Shown piece by piece: positions 1 through 10,400 of a stretch of 64,000 bases of DNA. Position 1 is the stretch's first letter; every line of letters starts with the position of its first letter. The DNA lies in the IMG/VR virus record IMGVR_UViG_3300033074_001483, positions 21,517 through 85,516 of that record, one strand, 5' to 3'. The position numbers and the translations under genes were made by a program. This stretch comes from a virus (lineage: Duplodnaviria; Caudoviricetes). Under the pieces are notes generated by a model that was not told where the DNA came from, did no database searches, and saw only the letters and a list, made by a program, of their open reading frames with translations.

Positions 1-452
1 GTGGAAACCACCAATAGGGAATTGTTAACAGAAGCGGATAAGTCGCTTACCACTGTATCAACAGAAAATGACCCAGTTACCATAATTTCGGTCCCATCTT
101 CAAACTTAATCATATCCCCGGCTTGAAGTGACCCGGAATAACCTTCATATATGGAGGAAGAAAAATCTTGGATTCCACCCGGCTTAACATCAAGATATAA
201 AAATCCATTGATTACAGACCCCGAAGAAGCACTGCTCGTGATGAAATTCATTCTGGTTCCAGTTCCCGCAATACCAAGTCTCATACACGTCATATAAGGA
301 TGGGCTGCAACAGCATCCATACCGTTATTAAGAATAAGGTTCTTTCTCCATTCCGGCTGACGCCAGATTTCTTTTCCAGTATTGGTATCTACAACGGCTA
401 CTTTGTAAAATCCTTGGAGCATTGCCCCGCATTGATGTGGTACGTAATTCAT
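1..452 (-). CDS. Virion structural protein, third tandem paralog (cut by window edge)
   Basis: Hand translation MNYVPHQCGAMLQGFYKVAVVDTNTGKEIWRQPEWRKNLILNNGMD matches the N-termini of the next two ORFs. Confidence 0.75.
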   Translation of the reverse strand, partial: MNYVPHQCGAMLQGFYKVAVVDTNTGKEIWRQPEWRKNLILNNGMDAVAAHPYMTCMRLGIAGTGTRMNFITSSASSGSVINGFLYLDVKPGGIQDFSSSIYEGYSGSLQAGDMIKFEDGTEIMVTGSFSVDTVVSDLSASVNNSLLVVS

Positions 453-456
453 ATGT

Positions 457-1764
457 TTAACTGCTTGTTAGTACTCGGTTCCAACTCCACAAATAACGGA
501 AAGTAAGTGCCTGAGTGTTGTATTTAGATTGAGTTTGCTCAAACATCACTGCAAACGTTTGTCCATTTGACGTGGAAGTTCCATATCCACCATTATTATT
601 TCCAAATCCAGTAGTCTTCAGAGTTGTAAAGTTGATCTGTGTCGGATTGAAAGTAGCATATTTAGTCCTCTGATAACTTCCAAGAACATACTCGTCCAAT
701 TCCGAACTTGCTGTTGCCGCTGTCCCAAAACTTGTTCTGGTTGGTGGAGACGATGGCATCTGAACAAGTGATTGAGAATTTGTGGATAACCAAAACCCGC
801 ATATTTGTCCAGAGGAAGGTACATCCAATGTTCCGTTGTTCGTAACAGATGTTCCGTTCGAATTATTTATGTAGGAATAAAACGGTCTTCCAGTAACCGT
901 TGTATGTTGCATCGCCTGTAAAGATTGAGTTATATTTGTGTTTTTGGCCGGTGAAACTGGCCAACCAGAAATAGAGGGATTGGTCATATAGCTTGCAGAT
1001 TCAGGAGAATAACACACATTCAAAGTGTAGTACAATCTTAACCTTTCACTTATTCCAACTGCCACTGGCGAGGTCAAAAGTATTCTTGAAAAAGTGCTTT
1101 TTTGAGGGGAATCGTCTGCATCCCACGCTACTCCTACTTCATTATAATTTCTTAAAATGCTTTCAGAGGCAAAGTCAAAAATCCTTTGGTGATGGATTTG
1201 ATTTACAGATGACGAGTAAGAATAACAAGACGTTGCATTTTCTATGAAATAGGACGCATTGGTTATTCCAGTTCTGGCACATCTTTTAACTTCTATTTGA
1301 AGTCCTGTTTGTGATGTTTTCCATATAGCAAACGATTGGCTGGCAACAGTTATAGTTGAACTTAATGATGCAGAAAAGTCACTGACTCCTGTTACTACAA
1401 CATCCGTTCCATCGTTAAAACGAATAAGATCACCTGCATCCAGAATTCCTCCAATCCATCCTCCATATGTTGTGGTATTCAAATCTTGAATTCCGCTTCC
1501 AACGGGTAATAAATAAAACCATCCACCAATCGCAGACCCCGAGGATTCTCCTCCTTGAAGATTGTTTACACGAGTTCCCCCTCCAGCAATTCCGAACTCC
1601 ATCACTTCAACTGGATACATCGAAGCAAGAGCGTCCATTCCCTGATTTAGAATCAGGTTCTTTTTCCACTCTGGTTGTTTCCAAATCTCTTTTCCAGTTG
1701 CATCTACTACCGCAACTTTATAGAAACCTTCGAGAGTTAATCTAATTTTTCCGTCATAGTTCAT
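457..1764 (-). CDS. Putative virion (tail/baseplate) protein, tandem paralog
   Basis: GFYKVAVVD..KNLILNQGMD..GIAGGGT motif; S/T/G-rich; start moved to the ATG overlapping the upstream stop (TAATG). Confidence 0.7.
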   Translation of the reverse strand: MNYDGKIRLTLEGFYKVAVVDATGKEIWKQPEWKKNLILNQGMDALASMYPVEVMEFGIAGGGTRVNNLQGGESSGSAIGGWFYLLPVGSGIQDLNTTTYGGWIGGILDAGDLIRFNDGTDVVVTGVSDFSASLSSTITVASQSFAIWKTSQTGLQIEVKRCARTGITNASYFIENATSCYSYSSSVNQIHHQRIFDFASESILRNYNEVGVAWDADDSPQKSTFSRILLTSPVAVGISERLRLYYTLNVCYSPESASYMTNPSISGWPVSPAKNTNITQSLQAMQHTTVTGRPFYSYINNSNGTSVTNNGTLDVPSSGQICGFWLSTNSQSLVQMPSSPPTRTSFGTAATASSELDEYVLGSYQRTKYATFNPTQINFTTLKTTGFGNNNGGYGTSTSNGQTFAVMFEQTQSKYNTQALTFRYLWSWNRVLTSS

Positions 1765-3023
1765 TATGCCAAGACTCTGCTCCACGTCCATCGGTAAGTG
1801 AATGAAAGCGTTTGTGTATTGTACTTCGATTGTGTTTGTTCAAACAACATTGCGTATGATTGTCCCGTCGAACGATAAGCATAGTATGTTGTTGGTGAGT
1901 GATAACCAAATCCAAATGAAGCCAGATCTTGGTAGTTCATTTGGCTAAGTCCAAACGTTCCATTCTTATACAATGTATATGAACCAGCAATATAAACATC
2001 TTGTGTAGATGTAGTTGTATCTGCGGTTCCAAAAGAATCTCTGTTGACGGGAGTATTTCCAAACGTCACGAGAGATTGTGAATTGGTTGATGCCCAAAAT
2101 GCACATTGGTTTCCAGTTGAAGCTGGTTCCAGCGGCGTGATAGTTGTTGCAGAAACACCATTCGTGTTAATTGATGATACCAAGATTTGTTGGATAGATT
2201 CCGTCATATTGGTATTCGTAGATGGTGCTACTGGCCATCCATTAACAATTGCATTTGAAACATATTGAGACGATGTTGGTAAGAACGTTACTTGTAATTG
2301 ATAAACCAGACGCAACCTTTGTCCTGTATCAATGGATACAGTTACGGGCAAAAGAATACGTGAGAACGTAGTTCCTACTCCCGATGTCGCCCTAGATACT
2401 CCGACTTCCGCATAAGTAGTAGGAGATACTTCTACTGCAAAGTCATAGGTTCTCAAATATGTTACCACATTTTCTGAAATACTGGATCCACAATTGCCAA
2501 CACCAGTTAGATAGGAGGAACCTACAATACCGCTGCCGCCACGCTTTGATTCATATTGCATCTCCGTTTGTGATGTTTTCCAGATGGTGAATGATTGGGA
2601 AGAAACAGTGTCGGTTGGAGTAACCGCACAAGTTGTTGACCCAACGCCTCCGACCTTTACTTCAGTTCCATCGTTAAATCGAATTATATCACCCGTGGCC
2701 AAACTTCCACTCCATCCACCCCAAATTTCGGTGTCAAAATTTTGGATTCCTCCCGGTTGAGGATCAAGGACCAATCCTCCAAGAATGACGGATGCGGATG
2801 ACGCACTACTGGTAATTGAATTTACACGACTCCCAGTGCCGGCAACTCCGTAACGCATTACTTCGGCTAAGTAAAAAGACGGGAGCATATCCATTCCCTG
2901 ATTAAGAATAAGATTCTTCTCCCACTCTGGTTGTCTCCAAATTTCATTTCCATCAGCACCTACAACGGCGACTTTGTAGAAGCCTTCAAGTCCCAGTTTG
3001 AATTCTTGTGTTATTTCTTTCAT
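1764..3023 (-). CDS. Putative virion (tail/baseplate) protein, tandem paralog
   Basis: Clear paralog of 457..1764 along its length; start moved to MKEITQEF. Confidence 0.7.
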   Translation of the reverse strand: MKEITQEFKLGLEGFYKVAVVGADGNEIWRQPEWEKNLILNQGMDMLPSFYLAEVMRYGVAGTGSRVNSITSSASSASVILGGLVLDPQPGGIQNFDTEIWGGWSGSLATGDIIRFNDGTEVKVGGVGSTTCAVTPTDTVSSQSFTIWKTSQTEMQYESKRGGSGIVGSSYLTGVGNCGSSISENVVTYLRTYDFAVEVSPTTYAEVGVSRATSGVGTTFSRILLPVTVSIDTGQRLRLVYQLQVTFLPTSSQYVSNAIVNGWPVAPSTNTNMTESIQQILVSSINTNGVSATTITPLEPASTGNQCAFWASTNSQSLVTFGNTPVNRDSFGTADTTTSTQDVYIAGSYTLYKNGTFGLSQMNYQDLASFGFGYHSPTTYYAYRSTGQSYAMLFEQTQSKYNTQTLSFTYRWTWSRVLA

Positions 3024-3036
3024 ATGTTTGTTTTGG

Positions 3037-4176
3037 TTATTCTGGAATAACTGTTCCGTTGGAACTTGTGGCGAATCCTGTTCCTCCATAAACAATACTC
3101 CTTGTTCCATTCAAAAATCCTATACTCATAGTTTGATATGCATTCTTAGCAGGTGCAACTATTGCTTCATTCTTTATGGATGCACTATAGAAATTGACAT
3201 CCCACGATGCACTTTCTGCATGTTCGATTTCGACAATTATATCAGAGAGCGACCCGCTATAGAATGTGATGTCCAACGATTGCGACTCCACACTTGCACT
3301 AATTGTCATAACCCGATCAAATATCGAACCACTTAGGAATATAATATCCAGTGATCCAGTATCATTACCATACATTTCTACCGCTTGATCAAACAAAGTT
3401 CCTTGATAGAACCTTGTAATGGCAGTAGTCATGATATCTTCCTCAGTTCTATAATCCAAAGAACCATATACATATCCAACTCCAATTCCAGCTTGAATTC
3501 CTCCAACGCTTATCACTTCGTTAATGTGGGTGTCGTCATAGACTTCACAACTATTGGTGACTTCACCATCTATAATTATGTTTCCAAGTGATCTTATCTC
3601 TTGAACTTTGGAAAACAAATTAGTGCCTGCCAAGAGGTTTTGATATCCATCATCATGAATTTCTACATTATCATCAAGTGAAGTATCATACAATTGAATG
3701 GTATTGGGTACAAGACGATCTCCCCAGAAACGTTGGGGAATGTTAAATAAACGAATGAATTCGGAAATTTGTCGGTCAGTTTTACCAAGCGGGAAATCAA
3801 TGTGGTCCATCCCGAAGATTTTGGTGGGGTCTCGGTAAAGATTATAAAAACTCCTCCACGTTTGATCCCAAACGAGGCGTTTATAGGTTCCGTCTTGATT
3901 CTGAGGAGCATCGGGGAAAAAGAATCCCGACCCGCTCACTCCTTCTTGATAAATAACCTCATTTCCATCCTGTTGCTCAAGAGCAATATTACAGACACGG
4001 TTTAGAATGGGGCTGGAGCCGCCATAGTCAACATAGTCCATCGCAACTGGTACTTCTGGACTATCAGGAGGTTCGATTAAGACTACATCATCATTCTGAA
4101 CATTGTACAGCTCCCACTGCTTACTCGCAGCGAAGGGAGTTGTCAGAAAGTTCTGGTGATTGATGTGCTTGATCAT
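3037..4176 (-). CDS. Hypothetical virion protein
   Basis: 379 aa ORF in structural operon. Confidence 0.55.
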   Translation of the reverse strand: MIKHINHQNFLTTPFAASKQWELYNVQNDDVVLIEPPDSPEVPVAMDYVDYGGSSPILNRVCNIALEQQDGNEVIYQEGVSGSGFFFPDAPQNQDGTYKRLVWDQTWRSFYNLYRDPTKIFGMDHIDFPLGKTDRQISEFIRLFNIPQRFWGDRLVPNTIQLYDTSLDDNVEIHDDGYQNLLAGTNLFSKVQEIRSLGNIIIDGEVTNSCEVYDDTHINEVISVGGIQAGIGVGYVYGSLDYRTEEDIMTTAITRFYQGTLFDQAVEMYGNDTGSLDIIFLSGSIFDRVMTISASVESQSLDITFYSGSLSDIIVEIEHAESASWDVNFYSASIKNEAIVAPAKNAYQTMSIGFLNGTRSIVYGGTGFATSSNGTVIPE

Positions 4177-4186
4177 TCATTCAATC

Positions 4187-5332
4187 TTAGAAGTCGAGAC
4201 GAACTTTGATCAGCAGTTCTTGGTCAAACGATTTAACAGCCGGTCTGCTCATTTTGGCAACTGCTACAAGTTCGTTGCTATCATTGTACAATCCAACCGT
4301 TGTGATATAAGTTTTTGGGTCGTTGATGAAATCAGTATTGAAAATCGTTCCCTTGGAATGACCAGCAATACCATCGGTTCCATCGTACACGTAAGTTGGA
4401 TTGTTGCTGTAGTTGAAGTCTCGGTTCATAACACGCACGAAATAATGTCGTGCGGGAACATATTCACTTTTACGGATCTTAATAGTAGTATCAGCACTTT
4501 GAAGCATTGCTGCTAGAGTTTTGTGATTGTAAGTGTAATCGGTCGAGATCGTAGTGCCAGGAGTATATGGCCACGTACTGTCAGTTCCCGGGCCTCCAGT
4601 ACCTATGCCAGCACCAGTATTTCCACTAAGACCAAGTTTTTCCGCAATTATGGCAGCGTTGAGAATTATGATACCATCATTTGGATAGAAAAGTCCAAAC
4701 CCTTCATAAGTCGGTTCGGCAGGAGGATTATTCAAAGTTCCACGAATGATTTGATAGACAGATGATTGTTGAGTCAAATACTGAGAATTATCAATGAACG
4801 TAATGGAATTTCCATCAGAACCGCTTAACGTAAATTCAATTAGCCCTTCATCAATTCGGTCTTTCATCTTGTACGCTGAAAAATTCATGACCCATATATC
4901 CGTTGCATCTGTTGTCGTACTCGCACTCTGCATTGTGAAAACACCATCCAAATCAGATGTTCCAAGAAGAATATTTTTGTACTGAGTGTAAACGGTTTTG
5001 GCAGGAGAAGCCATAATATTTGCCGTTTCATTTGGGAATGATCCGCTACCAATATCTCCTGCCACACTTCCATAAGCAATCGAGAAGTACGGATCGTTAT
5101 TCACATATGCCGTGTCGCCAGGATACATGTTAAGGTAATACATCGTGCGGCGAACATCATAAAAAGATGTCCCATACGATGGATTTCCTGCGGAACCTGT
5201 TAGTGAAAAGAAGTCATCACGCAATGTGCTTTGACTGATATTCGTAATACCACTTGGCCAAAATCCACTTGCCACACGGGTCGTACGTCCAGCTACAACG
5301 TCTTGATCGGGATTAAATGTTTTGAATATCAT
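4187..5332 (-). CDS. Jumbo-phage structural protein
   Basis: 381 aa; C-terminal YFVRV..FNYSNNPT..YITTVGLYND.NELVAVAK motif typical of large-phage virion genes. Confidence 0.6.
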   Translation of the reverse strand: MIFKTFNPDQDVVAGRTTRVASGFWPSGITNISQSTLRDDFFSLTGSAGNPSYGTSFYDVRRTMYYLNMYPGDTAYVNNDPYFSIAYGSVAGDIGSGSFPNETANIMASPAKTVYTQYKNILLGTSDLDGVFTMQSASTTTDATDIWVMNFSAYKMKDRIDEGLIEFTLSGSDGNSITFIDNSQYLTQQSSVYQIIRGTLNNPPAEPTYEGFGLFYPNDGIIILNAAIIAEKLGLSGNTGAGIGTGGPGTDSTWPYTPGTTISTDYTYNHKTLAAMLQSADTTIKIRKSEYVPARHYFVRVMNRDFNYSNNPTYVYDGTDGIAGHSKGTIFNTDFINDPKTYITTVGLYNDSNELVAVAKMSRPAVKSFDQELLIKVRLDF

Positions 5333-5338
5333 AATCTA

Positions 5339-5977
5339 TTAGGATGTTGGTGCGGTAACGGTGACTTCAATTGCAATGCTTCCGCCAGATTCATTTCCAA
5401 CAATCGTCAAGTTGGTCGTGGTTGTTCTACCAAGACTGCTGTTTGGGACAAAGCGAAAAGTGTTGCCCACAACGACTTGAGCACTAGTCGTGTTGACATC
5501 ACCTGCAAATGTTGGAATTGTATTTGAAACGGCGTTTACCGCATTGGTTTGTTGAACAATGAGAGTTCCTACATTTTTGTTTCCAAGAATGGCAGTGTAC
5601 CCGGCCTGAAGGTTATATGCTGGATTCGTGGAAGGGCTGATGATGATTTCACCAGTGTAGTCTCGTGTTACCAAAATCTTATCTTGAGCAATCGTGATGA
5701 CTGGAATCGCCGTCACACCTTGGTTCAAGGTTACAAGTTTGTACTTCATCACTTGCGTCTCATCCGTCAACGGTTCAAAGATAGGAGTATTCCTCAACGC
5801 AATATCATAGAATGCGCTGCCGTTGGGGTGGTTGGGCTGATAGAGCCGGTAGTCAATCTCATCATCCGCTAAAGCGAACGACGTGATATTCAAATTGCCG
5901 TTTTTTGCAAGAAGTTCACGACCCTTCTTGGTCAGAACGGCATCAACCGTCACAGTTTGATTGTCGAGATATGCCAT
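5339..5977 (-). CDS. Jumbo-phage structural protein
   Basis: 212 aa; MAYLDN..DAVLTKKGRELLA..FALADDEIDY motif. Confidence 0.6.
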   Translation of the reverse strand: MAYLDNQTVTVDAVLTKKGRELLAKNGNLNITSFALADDEIDYRLYQPNHPNGSAFYDIALRNTPIFEPLTDETQVMKYKLVTLNQGVTAIPVITIAQDKILVTRDYTGEIIISPSTNPAYNLQAGYTAILGNKNVGTLIVQQTNAVNAVSNTIPTFAGDVNTTSAQVVVGNTFRFVPNSSLGRTTTTNLTIVGNESGGSIAIEVTVTAPTS

Positions 5978-5983
5978 AAGTTA

Positions 5984-6757
5984 TTATACTCCAATACGTT
6001 GTAAAAGTTTCTGCATAGAAGATGGATTTATTCCATATTTGAATGCTAATTGTCTCTTGTTTATATTACCGGATAAATACATTTCTTTTATTGTTTCATA
6101 TTCTTCTTTTGGAACTTTATTTTTGTGGTATCTGCCTTCGGCAACTGCTTTCTTTACTCCATCTTTTATTCGATTTCGTTCTTTATCCGTGAACATCTTC
6201 GGAGATTCTAATTTACCTTCCGAAATATGCAAACAATGCTCTGAAGAATAAATCCTTCCAAGATTTGCCTGTTGTGCTTTTTGTATATTTTGACGTGAGG
6301 TTACTCTTCCCGCCATTTTCTTTATGGTTTCCACAGAATGGGTTCTTCCCGCTCGGTCAACAGACATCTTCATCTTCTGCTCATTAGTCCATCGTGGAAC
6401 TCCTTTTTGAGCCGCCGATATTTTTTCACGTACCCATTGTGGCCTAACCGAGCCGGAAGCTACAGGACATACTGCACTTTTTCGTATATTGTAACAGTTT
6501 GGTGTTCCAACATATAAATCCAATTCGGTTTGTTCTTTTACCAATAATTCTTCGAGAGAACATTCTTTATAAATTTCAAAAATGAATGAGTCGCCACCAT
6601 ACTTATTCCACGCATTTTGCAAATATGGATTATCGTGTCTGTTTTTCTTCAGATCCAACAAGTGCCTGCTCCATCGGCGAACAACATCATCGGAACTTCC
6701 GATGTAGAATTTCCCATTCTGTTTATTTGTTATTCGATATACACCGACAAAAGCCAT
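5984..6757 (-). CDS. GIY-YIG homing endonuclease with NUMOD3-like repeats
   Basis: GVYRITNKQNGKFYIGSS..RRW..H motif; HSVETIKKM repeats; C-terminal HTH. Confidence 0.9.
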   Translation of the reverse strand: MAFVGVYRITNKQNGKFYIGSSDDVVRRWSRHLLDLKKNRHDNPYLQNAWNKYGGDSFIFEIYKECSLEELLVKEQTELDLYVGTPNCYNIRKSAVCPVASGSVRPQWVREKISAAQKGVPRWTNEQKMKMSVDRAGRTHSVETIKKMAGRVTSRQNIQKAQQANLGRIYSSEHCLHISEGKLESPKMFTDKERNRIKDGVKKAVAEGRYHKNKVPKEEYETIKEMYLSGNINKRQLAFKYGINPSSMQKLLQRIGV

Positions 6758-6811
6758 ATTCTTTTATAAAAAGGTACTCATCTATAAGTATTATCCTGAG
6801 ACCTTTTTCTT

Positions 6812-7489
6812 TTACTTGTTTATGACGTTATCACTCTGAATCAGGTTCAAATTGCTCACTTGAGTCGCCTGAACAGGAGATGTTCCGTCTTCCAATCCAT
6901 CTTCCCCCACTGTAGAGAGATTTGTTTGTTGATTTCTCTTATACGATCCCGAGGTAATTTGGTTGTTTTCTTTACCATAAGTCACAAGACTGTACAGCGA
7001 AAACAAATGTCTTTTGTGAGTAAAGTGATTTCTGGGGTATCCACCAACAATTTCAAAATAAGTACCATCATCCCTAAAAATTGGGGGAGGACCATAAACA
7101 TCCCTCGATTCCAGACTTGAACTCAGAGTGTTATAGGTGTACGTATAATTATTGGTAACGGCGTTTGGGCTGTTTCTAAATGTACTCTCCGTATGTGACC
7201 ATAAGTCGGGAGGATATTGATACTGTGGGGCTGCTGGGGTACGATCTTCTATGCTTGCAGAATAAACAATAGAATCAAACCATTCCTTTGATACGACTAC
7301 ATAATCGTACAAATAAATTGAACAAGTTGAATACAATGCATCTTTTGGGTTATCTGTTCTGCTGTACGATCCACTACGAGCATAAATGGTATGCTTGGTC
7401 CATCTCTTTAACAAAAAGGACGAACTCCCATACAAAGGATGGGTTGTTTTAGTCATGTCAAAAAATATTTCGCCTTTTCGGTTATGCAT
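6812..7489 (-). CDS. Hypothetical virion protein
   Basis: 225 aa ORF directly downstream of the large structural ORF. Confidence 0.5.
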   Translation of the reverse strand: MHNRKGEIFFDMTKTTHPLYGSSSFLLKRWTKHTIYARSGSYSRTDNPKDALYSTCSIYLYDYVVVSKEWFDSIVYSASIEDRTPAAPQYQYPPDLWSHTESTFRNSPNAVTNNYTYTYNTLSSSLESRDVYGPPPIFRDDGTYFEIVGGYPRNHFTHKRHLFSLYSLVTYGKENNQITSGSYKRNQQTNLSTVGEDGLEDGTSPVQATQVSNLNLIQSDNVINK

Positions 7490-7499
7490 AGTCTCTAAA

Positions 7500-10400
7500 T
7501 TATGTTGGGCATCCCAATGTTAAACTCCACGCCGTTCCTCCAAGAGGAGCATAGATTTTAACCGTGGCATAACGACTACTTTCATTCTTAATGAATGACG
7601 TACTTCCCGCTCCCGGTCCTGTAATTGCTTCGGGTGGGTATCCGAGAGAAGTTAACGCATTGTTCAATTGAGATTGATAGCTAGTACTACCTCGGTATCC
7701 AGTGTTAATTACAACACCACCATTCCATTCAACGATAAATTTATCTGGAACATTTTGAGCATTAAATGTTAAATTGACAGTTCCGGTTCCGGTTCCCAAA
7801 TCAACAGTGAACGTAGATGGCATGGTTTGTCCTCCCGAGAACGATTGTGCTCCACCACACGGGATAGATGGAATCAATACATCAATTACATTGTTTGCAT
7901 AATCAACATCTTCACCACGGGAAGCAGTTAGTGCCACATAATATGTTCCACCAACAGCGTAAGTATGAGATGGATTTTCTTCCACACTTGTCCCTCCATC
8001 ACCAAAATCCCATTCGAATCCATTAGCATTTTGACTTAGATTCTGAAAGACTACCGTAAGTGGTTCAAAACCAGTAGATGGAATTGGAATAAAATTGGCC
8101 ACTGGCACAATAGGTGGGGGTTGTACCACTTCGGGGTCTCCAATAAGGTATCCACCGGCAAACGTACCCAGTTGATATACGTCAGCAAAATCACCTATGT
8201 AATTTCCTCCGTAATTAACTGGCAAATCTCTTGTTGAAAGGTTTATGTAGGACAAATCCAAATACATGGAACTACTTTCTTCCAAAGACATTGAAAGACG
8301 TAGAAGTTTTGTATTTGGGTCTTGAAAATAATGAGATGCAGTAATGTCAGCATAGAATACTGAACCAGTATTCATTTCACTCATTATCTCCTTATGAGTG
8401 TATTTTGGTCTTTCCAAAACAGTTGGCTCAATCAAAATTCCGACAATAGCATTTGAACGTGCTGGAACAACATTCTTGATTGCTTCAAAGATGGATCTAT
8501 TAAAGTACATCTTGTAGAGAATCATCAGTTCATTAAACAATGTATTACTTCCACTGTATTCATTCAAAGAAGTAGCATATTGCTTACGGAAATTTTTCAA
8601 TGTCTGGTAACTGGAAGAGTACTGATTTGTTGGATCTCCAATAGCATCCATGAAATCATAGTTTCCGAAATAACGGATGATATCTTTATTCCTGAAATCT
8701 TGGGGGTCTGCAAAAAATCCAATTTGATTGGAGTCTGGTGCTACACTTATTGGGTTTACCCAAGTGGAACGCTCTTTATCATCAAATCTTGTTTCAATGG
8801 ATTGAGAAACGTGGCGAACCTTTTCGTTTCGGAATTTGTTCGGTCCATATTTGGAAACACCCCAAGTGCTCGGATAATCTACAACTTTGAACTGGAATGG
8901 ATAGCAAGATTGAGAAATCCAACATCCCGACCCGCTATCATAAACAAGTTTTTGAGAACCGCTCCAAGGATACCATACTATAGAGTAATCCATAGTAGAT
9001 ACCTCAATTCCAAGGTATTTATCAATTTTTATAGATGAACTAACAGCATAAAATGGATTTGCATTTTTCCAAATGCCCCAAGGTTGGGAAGACGCTCCTA
9101 CGATTGGATCTGCAACGCCAATAGGATTTTGTCTCAAATCAAATGGGTAGTCCGTATGTTGACGGAACATCAAAAATTCATGGAACGGGCGGGATCCACT
9201 AAAAGCATACGAATTGATGTTATTGACGTAATCTTCGAAATTGGAATCTGTCAGTGGATCATACCATACCTGAAGTTTGTCAAATACTCCATGAAATCCT
9301 TGACCATTGTGGTAGGTAAACCATCCACCCCGTAGCAAATAATTCCCGACTCCAATTGAAGAAAATTTCTGGTTGGAGTCATAATCATATGATATCGCAC
9401 TTGAAGTTAAGCGCATTAGTGTCTGTCCACGCTCATTCTTTTGTACGTACAAATCAAAGACACACGGTACAGCATCAGGATTTTCATCAAATTCAAATCC
9501 ATCTGGTGAAAGGTTTCGGCGAATCATTACGCTATAAATGCTTCCATCGAACAGAGGAAATGTATCACTGTACAACTTCAGTTGTGGATTATCTTTAAGT
9601 CCTATTCTAAACCACATCTGTCCAACATTTGGACGTTCACGACGAACAAACCCAACTGCCCATGCCCCAGAACCAGATGGAGTATTTGCTGCTATACTTG
9701 ATGTAACCGCACCCATGATAGCAATTTCTTGGTTATAATTGTAAATGGATGCGTCATCTAGGCACAATTTGAATAAGAATGTCTTGGCATCTGTCGGGTA
9801 GTTGTTGTACATTGTATTGTACTGCGACGATGTATCAAACATGTATAAATACGTTCTTTCATACGTTGTATAAGATGCCCGAGCATCTGTATAAGAAATT
9901 CCACCATACTCACGCATGGTAAGAAGCGTGGACGGAATTCCATAACATGCCAGAATCAACTTAACTGCTTCTTCCGTACCTTTGGTCTTGTAAATCTGTG
10001 GAAGATTTATGAGAAGACGATTGCGGATAGCCTTGAAGCGTTCTTCCGCCGACATCTCATTCAATCCATCTATTTGTTCCGAAGTCAAATAGTTGTTTAA
10101 GAGGTTGGATTGTTCTAACGAGTCGTCTAATGTCCAACCAAAAGTTTCCAACATATAGTCAACGACATGTCGAGTGAACTCTTCCGTTGCTCCATGTCCA
10201 ATTCTTCGTTCGGATGGAATGTTGGCAACATATTCATAAATCTGGTCGAAGAAATGACCAATCATAGACAAGAAAATGATGTAATCATCATTATCGGTAT
10301 TGGTCAAAATGTGTTGTGGGCAATTGTTGACTAAACTATCCAAATTGTTCTTATCATAGGCACTTGCCGAAATATCCATGTCGGCAACATAGCTGGCACT

